Positions 12,201-22,074 of a DNA stretch of 64,000 bases are shown here, piece by piece. The notes under the pieces are model-generated. The model was not told where the DNA came from. It did no database searches and worked only from the letters and a program-made list of their open reading frames with translations. Every line of letters begins with the position of its first letter. Positions within the stretch are counted from its first letter, which is position 1. The stretch is from Geosiphon pyriformis uo1 (lineage: Eukaryota > Fungi > Glomeromycota), in the NCBI GenBank assembly GCA_016748015.1, contig JAAOMT010000129.1:933965-997964 (forward strand), given 5' to 3'. Both the position numbers and the translations under genes were made by a program.

Positions 12201-14653
12201 CAATCAGCAGCTGTGCATCAGAATCAGAATCGCTGATCAATCACGATCCAGACTCTGATGACAATGACGAAAACATTGGTTCCAGCTCCATTCAAAATGG
12301 CAATGACAACAAAAATGATTCCAACTCAGATTCCAACTCCGATTTAAACCATGAACAATACATTGCACTACCAGATCTCTCCAAAGAACAAGAGTTGAAA
12401 TGATATAGTGACAATGGGGAGGGTATTATGCCAGAACATATACATGATATGGACACAGGATTTGATCTGAGATATCCAGGAAAAGATGCCATCAAATTGG
12501 AACTGTATTCATGTACCTGCATTGATCTGAAAATAGCATTAGAAATTCTGGCAACAACAATGGTTCAATTAGCATCTAGGAGTAGTTTAGCAAAAAGAGG
12601 GATCAATATAAGAAGAGAAATAATTGATGCGGGATATGTAGGAAATATTATCGCTATACTACAAAATGACTCAGAAAACATCTACATAATAAAGCCCAAT
12701 GAAAAGATAGCACAAGCAATATTCCTGCCTCTGGTTAGAGTAGTTCAGTTAGTATTAGTAGAAAAGAGAGAGGAATTAGAAATAACAGCGAGAGAAATAC
12801 AGAGATTCAGATCAATGGGTAAAATAGATGTACCAGTTAATATAATGGAGGAAAAAATTGTTGGCCAAGGAGAAATTATCTCAACCAGTCAAGCTATTTC
12901 CATTCCACCATATAGCCAGTACATGCTAACAATAGGAAGGAAAGAAAAGAAGCAAGGACAAATTTTTGAAGCTGAAGCAAACCTTTGTGCATCAGGAGAG
13001 ATTGGGTTGATCAATCTTCACATACCAGCCAAAAGCTATAGCAGCATAAAAATTCTCATCTACAACAACACTGGTAATGTCATCAACATACCAGAAGGAA
13101 CCATCATTGGATATGTAACCACAGAAATAGAAAACCAACCACCAAACCCCATTCCAAACTTTCCACAACTTTGTGGATATGTTGACATCACATCACAAAC
13201 AATCTATAGACGAGATGAATGTTATTTGCTCCAACCAGAACAATTGAAACAAATAAACATGGGAAACTTAGATCCACTCTAATGTATGCAGCTCAAGATG
13301 TTACTCAACAATTTCAATGACATCTTTGCCAGCGAAAATGAGTTTGGCCGAACTGACATCATCCAGCATCAGATCAAGACTGGAGATGCAATGCCAATCA
13401 AACAAAGAGCATACAGAGTGCTGCCAGCCAGCCATGAAATCATTTGTTAAGAGATAAACAGAATGCTTGACAATGGACTAATTCAACCATCAATGAGCTC
13501 ATGGTTGTCACCAGTGGTATTTATTCATAAGAAGAATAGAAAAATCTGGTTTTGTGTAAACTACAAGAAACTCAATGGTGTAACTTGTGGAGACAGTTAT
13601 CCAACTTCATGAATATAGGAATTATTCAACGCTTTCAGTGGGAACAAATGGTTCTCAATATTAGATTTGGACAGTGGTTACTGGCAAGTAGCCATGAATT
13701 TAGTTAACAAAAAGAAGACAGTATTTATTACTAGAGAAGGGAATTTCAAATTTAAAGTAATGCCATTTAGCTTAACCAATGTTCCAGCAACTTTCCAATG
13801 GCTAATGGAAATCGTTTATACTGGCTTATTGTGGAAATCAGTAGTTGTATACTTGGATGACATCAATGTATTCTCAAAAACATTTGATGATCATCTTTAT
13901 TATCTTCAACAAGTGTTCGAAAGACTAAGAAGAGCAGGACTAAAGTTAAATGCAACAAAGTGCTTCTTTGGCAAGACAGAACTAAAATTCTTGGGACACA
14001 TAGTCAGCAAAGATGGCATCAAAACAGATCCAAAGAAAATAGAGATAGTAAAGAACTTTCCAGTGCTGACCAATATGACAGAACTGAAATCATTCTTGGA
14101 ATTCGCCAGCTACTATTGATGTTTTATCAAGAACTTTTCCAAGATAGCGCAGCCACTCAACCAACTGCAAAACAAAAATACAAAATATGAATGGACCAAA
14201 AGTCAACAAGAAGCTTTTGATATTCTAAAAAGAAAGCTTATACAAGCTCCAATACTGATCTATCCAGATCACAGCAAACCATTTATCATTACCACAGATG
14301 CATCCGGCCAGGCATTAGGAGCAGTACTATCTCAAAGAGGACCAGACGGCAGAGAACATCCAGTGGCATATGCCAGCAGAGGTTTAATACTGGCTAAAAA
14401 GAACTATGGAACACTGGAAAAAGAACACTTAGCAATATACTGGTCAGTTATGAAATGGAAAAAATATTTGAGCCAGAAGTTTGAAATGTACACAGATCAC
14501 AAAGGATTAACATCACTTCAAAAACAAGAATTTGGAGATGGAAGACAGTCAAGATGGAAAATGGCACTTGCACCATATAAGTATACTATACATTATAAAA
14601 AAGGAAAAGACAACGGAAATGCAGACAGTTTATTGTGAATGAGACAAATCTAA
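9204..14653 (+). pseudogene. Gypsy copy 2 gag-PR-Cys-rich domain-dUTPase-RT-RNase H (single frame, many stops)
   Basis: CHNCSKQGHIRVNC ~10043; LILDSGSA ~10750; dUTPase GFDL/RSSLA/IDAGYVG/KIAQ 12425-12820; YLDD ~13850; TDASG ~14290; NADSLL*MRQI* ending 14653. Confidence 0.9.
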
Positions 14654-14716
14654 AAACATTTTAACCCAAAAATATAACAAAACCAGAACAATACTAACAG
14701 AAAAATACAACAAAAG

Positions 14717-16099
14717 ATAAACATACAAAAATATCAACAATTGCAACATTATATAAACACTCAACAGTTCAAGAAGAATTTATCTCAAATGGAACAAAAG
14801 AGTATCAAACAACAATCAAAATATTTTATCACTCACCAAAATATACTTTATCAGAAAAATAGAAGGGATCCAGATCAACCAACCAGAGTAATTATGGAGC
14901 CAGAAAAAGAGACAATATTATTCAACATGCACTCAAATCCAACAGCAGGACATTTTCACAAAGAAACAATTATGGAAAGAACCAGAAAGAGATACTATTG
15001 GCCATCAATATACCCAGACATTATTCAATATGTTCAAAATTGTGATGCTTGTCAGCAAAGAGAAGGAACAAGACCCAGTGAATCATTAAGACCAATCAAA
15101 GTGTGACAACCATTTGACCATATTGGAATTAATTTAGTCGGACCATTAACAATCACCAGCAGAGGAAACAGATACATAGCGGTAGCTATGGACTATCTCA
15201 CTAAATGGCCAGAGGCAAAAGCAATTCAAAGAGCAGATGCAGAATCCGTTGCCGAATCCATTCATCAGGATTTGATTTGTCGACATGGATGTCCAAAAGA
15301 ATTATTATCAGACTAAGAAACTCATTTTGTGAACAAAACATTAACAGAATTGAGCCAAAGATTCGGAATCAAGAGACCATTATCATCACCATACCATCCA
15401 CAAACCAATGGATTAGTAGAAAGATTTAATAGAACATTGTGTGAAGCAATAGCTAAGCTCAGCCAAGAAAACCAGAACGATTGGGATTTGTTCATACCAT
15501 TAGTACTATTTGCTTATCAGACAATGAAACAAGATACTACACAAACAACACCATTTGAATTAGTATATGGAAGAACAGCAATGTTACCAGTAGAGAGAGA
15601 AATTAATACATATTCAGCTGAACCAATAACAGAAGAAAATTTTCAAGAAACATTACTGAGAAGAACATATGACTTAATGGAAACATTGGAAAACAAACAA
15701 AAAAGAGCAGCTGATAATATTCAAAAGTTACAAGAAAAACAGAAAGAAAAACACGATAGTCAACTACCAGACAAACCAGTTGAATTCAAAATTAAAGACA
15801 AAGTATTACTACATTGTACCAAAGTGGAAAAACAATGGAGTGAAAAATTTGACCCCAAATGGGATAGACCATTTTACATAGAAGAAATTCTAGGAAATGG
15901 AGCTTACAAATTAAGATTGGATAACAAAATTTTAACCAAAGCAGCACATGAAGATCAACTGAAGCCATATCGCGACATTATACTACCATCTACCAGTAAT
16001 ATTTCACAATTAGGAGTACAGAGAATACTAGTCCGACCAGATGAGATTCCATGAGATCTGGAACCAATAGTTATTATTAACAACAACACGTTAAATTGA
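14717..16099 (+). pseudogene. Gypsy copy 2 integrase ORF (start probably ATG->ATA)
   Basis: MHSNPTAGHFH..CDAC; NLVGPL; SD*ETHF; PYHPQTNGLVERFNRTL; KDKVLL..KWDRPF..GAYKL. Confidence 0.88.
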
Positions 16100-16123
16100 T
16101 TAATCAAAAAAATATATAAAGAC

Positions 16124-16784
16124 ATGGTAGACATGACAAGAAATATCAGAAAAATGGAAATTACAGACAACATTCACACACTAACACAACAACTCTTTCA
16201 ATTAATCCAACACCAGGAAATGGAGATTACAATCCACCAACAAACCATTCAATATCAAGATACTAGAAAGACATTGCAACTCAGAACACTGAAGAAAACT
16301 GAAAATACGGTGGACAAAATCATAGTGAAAGTAAAATTAGCAATAAAAAAATCAACAAAAGAGTCACTATATCAAGAGTTAACTAAAAAAACTTGGAATT
16401 GGTAAATACAACAATTTCCAAGAAACTATTGTTATTTTTACTTAGGACAACACATAAATATTCAGAATCTATATACGGATAAAACAAAGCGATTATTTGA
16501 CAAAAAAAATACTACAACAATTAGAACATTTTGTGGGAAAGAACAACTTATCTACACAAGCCTAAGCTATATACTAAATACATACAGCATTTCAGGATAA
16601 ACCAGAAATATTGCTCAACAAAGCAATAGATATGGTTACCAGTAATTAATTGGGAAAAATTACCAATGCTTAATTTGAAGAAGTACAGACCCAAATAACA
16701 CAAGTAATTCCCGAAAACAAAATCCAGGAAATACTTCAAGAGGGGAAATTACATAAGTTAGATTTTGATAGAGCTCAATATTAA
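16124..16784 (+). pseudogene. Gypsy copy 2 accessory ORF3 (~220 aa, unknown function)
   Basis: FPRNYCYFYLGQHINIQNLY..FDKK, +1 shift in the A run ~16502, then ..LEHFVGK..ITNA(Q)FEE..FDRAQY*; aligns with copy 1 ORF3. Confidence 0.75.
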
Positions 16785-16797
16785 AAGGAGGAAATAA
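16783..16797 (+). promoter_or_regulatory. Polypurine tract of copy 2
   Basis: AAAAGGAGGAAATAA immediately before TGTTAC. Confidence 0.88.
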
Positions 16798-17647
16798 TGT
16801 TACTCATAGAAATATAAGAAATATATTAGCATAATTATTAGCTAATCAGAAGTAAGTGTAGTAAATGTGGAATTCCAGGATTCCTCTCAGGAATTGCAGG
16901 ATTTCAGGAATTTCAGGATTTCCCAACGAGGAATTGCAGGATTCCAGAATTCCAGAATTCCTCTCAAAAGAATCACAGGATTCTAGGAATTCCAGGATTC
17001 CTGTCATGAAAAATCAAGGAATTGAGAAATCTCAATTATGTATATATAGCGGTAGTATTAGAAACAGAAAAGACAGAATCGATACCACAGAATCCTTAGC
17101 CTAGAAACAAAAATCATCAAATAAATAATTATTCCATATCTCAATCTACTCTCCACTATCAACACTTCATGTTGATAATAAGTAATACTTAACCACACTA
17201 GAACAATAGCTCTTGATCATGGCTATTGACAGAATATTAATCTGCAAATCGCCTTGGCTTATTTCTTTTCTTTTTTTATTTTTCTCTTATTTTTCTTTAT
17301 TTTATTTTGATTTATTATTGTGCACTAACCCATTGATTGAAAAGCACTAATTACTAACATCAAGGATTGTCTGGTAAAAGACCCCTGCAAGAGGATAGGA
17401 CACATACAGAAGATACAGATTACTTACCAGAGGATTGCTGGCCACTAAGCCAAGAAAAAAATTGACAGACTTGTGAGTCTGGGAAGCTATAGATAAAACA
17501 ACTATTGAATCTCTGTCTATTATACAAAGGACTCCATCAAAACTTTCAGATACAATGCTTGCAGAACCTTATTAACGGAAGTAGCTTCATAAACACCAAG
17601 TTATGGGTTGTTATTTACTTCAACAGCAGAAATAATTCTCTGTAACA
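16798..17647 (+). repeat. 3' LTR of Gypsy copy 2 (850 bp)
   Basis: TGTTAC...GTAACA termini, follows the PPT; homologous eroded LTRs at 28508-28942 and 31165-31970. Confidence 0.9.
16869..17048 (+). promoter_or_regulatory. LTR U3 tandem (GGAATTCCA/GGATTCCA-like) array followed by a TATA-like box at 17041
   Basis: Array of about a dozen degenerate 8-9 bp units 16869-17003; TATATATA at 17041-17048. Confidence 0.6.
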
Positions 17648-18575
17648 TTGTGTTCATTGGGAGGCTGGTCCAAGTCATAATGTGGTTCCAGTTGCTTCAT
17701 TGCAGAGTTTTGATTGGATTGCTTCCACACAGGTTTGGCATCCTGACTTGCATATGCTTGCTGGATTTACCAGTCAAAAGTCTGCAATTCTTCACACATA
17801 TTTAATAAAGGCTTTACACAGAAGGCTGCCAGTAGTTGTCCATAAAAGGTTATACAATAAAAGTTATCCTGGTGTGCAGTGTTTGTTGTGTGGCAAGGTG
17901 GAATTGCCAGACCATGTCTTTACCTGTTTACAGGATGTTTATATTCAGAGGGACATTTTGTCAGAGGTGTCTGCTCATTGGATTTCTCTGGCTGTTGCTT
18001 GTAACCCATCTTTTTCCTCCATCTTGAGGACTCTTGATCTTTGTTGTTCAAATGTCAGCTTGTACTCTGTCATGTGTAAAGAATTTGTGCTAAAGGATTG
18101 GTATGCAAAGGTGGTTGGCATTTTTGGTAATATTAAGAATGCTAATAGTGTGATGGTTGATTTTGTAAGATATTTGGTTGAGTTGTATTAATCCAAGGTG
18201 TGGTTGACAAGATTTAAATTTAGAGTGGATATGGAGAGGATGGGCTTAGTTGGTGATAATGGTTTGGTGGTGGGTCTTTTTTGTTGTGGATCTTCTATGC
18301 TTTCAAATAGAGTAGTCAAGTTGCTTAGTATTGTAGAATCTTTTGCTATAAGTTTTGGCCATCGCAGGTCTTGTCCTTTTTTTTCTAATTTGGATAGTAA
18401 TTCACATGTTGTTTTAAGTGTGTAGTGTTGCCTTGTCTGGCCCGAGTGGCTAGCCACATGTAAAGAGTACATGAATCGTGCTTAGTTTGAACCACTTAGT
18501 TTGGTTTTATGTACTAGGTAGCAGTTAAGCTTTATTCATTAAATTGTTTTAATAAAATAAAAAATAAAAATAAAA
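17648..18575 (+). mobile_element. LINE copy A, 3' fragment (ORF2 C-terminal zinc finger, 3' UTR, A tail)
   Basis: WHPDLHMLAGFTS..CLLCGKVELPDHVFTC homologous to the ORF2 ends of LINEs B and C; stop 18425; same 3' UTR; (TAAAAA)n tail. Confidence 0.92.
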
Positions 18576-20055
18576 ACATTTTATAATTCAAAATCAAATA
18601 ATTTAAACTTTAATATTTATAATACTAATAATATTTAAAAGTTTTTTATTAAATATAATACTTATATAAAATACTAATTTTTAAAATAATAAAGATTTAT
18701 AAATTTTTTTGATATTGGTTTTTTTTTAACTAATATAGACTAATTATTTAACAAAAAAAAAGTTTTTAAAACAAATAATAATATATTGTCATAAATTAAC
18801 AAATTTTAACTTAATAAAAACAATTTTATTAAAAAAAATATTAAGAAAAACATTATAAAATATAACAAAAAAAAGCAAAAATCATTATAAAAGACTTTGT
18901 AATTTTAAAAAAATTAAAAAAATAAAATTATTAATAGTAATTTTAATAATAGTATTTAAAAAAATCTTGAATACAAAATTTATATAAAATAACTTAATAT
19001 TGTTTTTTAAAACTAATTTAAATTTAATATAATCAAAAAGTAATTAAAACAAAATTTAATAAAAGTTAATTTAATTTTAAAAATAAAAATAAATATTAAA
19101 ATAAAAACTATTTATTCAAAATATCTTTAATAATAAGTAATTGTTTCTTAAATATTATTAAAAATATTATTAAAAACAAAATAAAATTAATTCAATTTCT
19201 ATTTAGTTAGTTTTAATCTTTAAGAATAAATAACTTAATAATTTAATTAATTAAAAACATATTTAAAAATATGCTTTATTTTGTTTTTAAAATTGGCAAA
19301 ATTTTGATAAATAATATTAATTTTAATTATACAGTTAATAATTAATTTTGAATTATCTTAAAAAATATATTATTATTGTTATTATTTATATTAAAAAAAA
19401 AACTAAATACAATAACAAAAATTTTATTTAAAATTTTATTTACAATTACAAAAGAGTTTATTATAATAATAACAAATAAATATAATTGCTGTTGTTTTTT
19501 AAAGTTTTTAAAACCAAAAAAAACTAGTTTTTTAATTAATTTATTATTAAAAACAATATTAAAACTAATCTTAATATGTCTTTTAAGAAAAATTTTAACT
19601 GAAAAAAACTATTAACCAAAAATAAAAAAAAATAGTTTAATAATTATTAAAAACAATTTTATATTATTAATATTTAAAAATAATATTTTTAATATATTTA
19701 CTTAATTGTTTTTATAATAAAAAGCATTTTTTTTGTTAAAACTTTATTAATTACTATAAAAAAAGTTTAATTTATGTAATTATAAATAATTTATTATTTA
19801 TTTAATATTTTAAATATTTTTTAAATAAAATTTTATATATTATATAAAAGAATTTTTTAAAAAACAGTTAATTAATTAATTAATTTTTTATTAAAAATTT
19901 TAACAAATATAATCTAATTACTATTTAGTATATATAAACAAATTAAATATTTATAATTAAATATAATTTACATATTTATTATATATAACTAACCAAATAA
20001 ATTAGCCAAGACTATATTATATATTTATTTTAATATTAATTTTATTATTTAAACC
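18576..20055. other. Extremely AT-rich eroded repeat relic (origin not recognisable)
   Basis: Very few G/C and no credible ORFs; same texture as recognisable eroded TEs elsewhere in the window. Confidence 0.6.
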
Positions 20056-20190
20056 AAAAAAAAACAAAAAAAACTTTTTTTCTCTCCTACCTCCAAAAAA
20101 CCCCAATGAACACTTTTCTGAAAGAAGAAGTTTTTTTGTTTTTTTTGTTAATAATATATCAATATTTCTTTAACTAACAACCCTTTTGTC

Positions 20191-22074
20191 ATGGATTTGA
20201 AGGCTGTCTCTAGTAGCGGCATGTTTAGTAAGAAGGCTCTTAAGGGCATGTTTTATGGTCCTGCTGGTGGTTTCTTTTCACAAAAAAAGAAAGCTTCTCT
20301 TGGAAATGTTAAATACTCTGGTGATGAAAAGAATATCTCTTTGAAGTCTGGTTCTGGTGCTAATGTATATTCTAATGTGAAAAGCTTATCTGGTGATGAT
20401 GAAAATGTTAGTATGTTTGGTGGTTTTGTTGGTTCTTTTTTGGACTCAGCTGTTAACACTCCCAAGGCTAAACGAGTAAATACTGGTGTGAATTTCGGTT
20501 TTTCTATTGGTTCTCCTAACTTTAAAATGAATGAAGAGATGAAACCTCTTCCACCCCCCCTTAGGAAAAAAATTCCTTTGGATAAGATTTGGATTAATCT
20601 CAAGATCATCAAAATTTCTGTAGAGGTGTCAGTTAAAAAATCATTTGCTTTGGACATCAATCTTTTGGCTGTAAAAGGGAAATTGGCTATGCAAAAAACT
20701 CAGTTCATCAGAAAAATTTTTTCAAAAATTAATGGTTTTGGAAGGGCCACTACCCTCTCAAAATTTGAAGAAATCATCAGATCGACGTTTACTTCTGAGG
20801 AGAGCATGAGAAAAGCTGCATCATTGGCTGAAAAAGAAGGGATCATCGTAAACAACAATGTAAGGAAACAAAGGCTTTACTCAGATCAGGCTGTGGTGAT
20901 CAAAGAAATTCCCATGGATACGCTTAAGAACATAATCGTCGCTGCAGTATTCGAGTTTGGTCAAGTGGTGTCAATCTGATTGCAACTCATTGGGCTGTGA
21001 CAGAAGGCTGTAGTAGAGTTTGCCGAATCGAGTCAGGCAGATCAGTTGGCAGCTAAGTGGTTTTTTTTGATCAGGAAAAATTCAGTGTGCATGGCCAAGA
21101 CTGTGGGGGATCGTGAGACATAGGCATCTAGAGATCAGTATAAGGCACTTTTGTTTACTTTGCCAGTAGAAACAATGGCTCATGATCTTGGTGATTTTTT
21201 GGCAGGAGCTGGTGGGAAAACTTGTGTCATAAATTGATCTTTAGACACTGGCAATAGAGTTTGTTGTGCTATGGTTTGTTTTAAGAATAATGAGGTATTG
21301 AAATCTGCATTTCATATGGAGCCTATTTTTGGTGGGGTGAGACTTTCTTGGACTAGATTGGATCTGGTTTAGTGTGAACGGTATGGGAAACTTGGTCATT
21401 CTGTTTTAGAGTGTAATGCTGAGATCTCAACTCCTCCTAAACTGTCCAAGTCATTTAAAAGGGTTGTCTCTGATGAGAACCACCTCCAGTTGGCCAAGTT
21501 GTATGCAAAAAAAAGTGTGCTTATTTCTCGACCAGCTGTATTTGGCAGCAAATTATGGGCCCAGATTGTCTTTTTAGTATCTTTATCTAATGGTTCTCAC
21601 TTTGGTTCTGGTTCTGGTTTTGGCTCCTCTTCTGGTGTCTTAGGTGTGATTGGTCACTTGTCTTTTGTGGTTCCTGTTTATTCAATTTTGAAGACTCATT
21701 TTGCTTCTTTGGAGCATTTTTTGGAACTTCTCACAGATAGAGTGTCTGGTATTGTAAACAAACTTAACAATTTAAACCTGGTGCCCATGACTCTCACCTC
21801 TTTTTCTCAGCTCTTGGTTATTCCTGTTATGGCAAATATAGAATTTGGTTTGAATATGGTTCTGAATGATTCTAAGCCTGTGGTTCTTCCTCCCTCTTTG
21901 GTTTCCTCTAGTGTCTCAAATTTGGATTCAAATGGTTCAAAAATTTTGACTTTAAAAATGGGTTGTTTGGAGTTAAAGTTGATGACTCTTAAAGCTTTGG
22001 TTTGTTCAGTATTGGAGAAGTTAGATCAGATATGTGCTGGCTCGGGTTCTGCAGTCTCTTCTTTATTTCAATGA
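20191..22074 (+). pseudogene. LINE B ORF1 (RRM-like region plus CCHC knuckle)
   Basis: VVIKEIPMD..FGQVVSI..KAVVEF; CER(Y)GKLGHSVLEC ~21370; in-frame stops. Confidence 0.85.

Larger units (their letters stand above)
9204..17647 (+). mobile_element. Ty3/Gypsy LTR retrotransposon copy 2 (dUTPase-bearing), 5' part outside the window; inserted into a LINE
   Basis: Gag resumes directly after the copy 1 LTR; same domain order as copy 1; PPT and 3' LTR TGTTAC...GTAACA. Confidence 0.93.

Noticed and set aside
16865-17104. 79-aa ORF and CRISPR-like appearance of the LTR repeat array
   Set aside because: The ORF is a by-product of an 8-9 bp tandem repeat; there are no unique spacers and the context is eukaryotic.
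18438-18495. tRNA or SINE in the LINE 3' UTR (TGGCCCGAGTGG A-box-like, GTTTGAACC B-box-like)
   Set aside because: T-stem and acceptor stem do not pair, and the B-box-like bases differ in copies B and C.
19376-19615. Short K/I/L/F-rich ORFs in AT tracts (also 30351, 31963, 42382)
   Set aside because: Low-complexity chance ORFs in eroded repeats.
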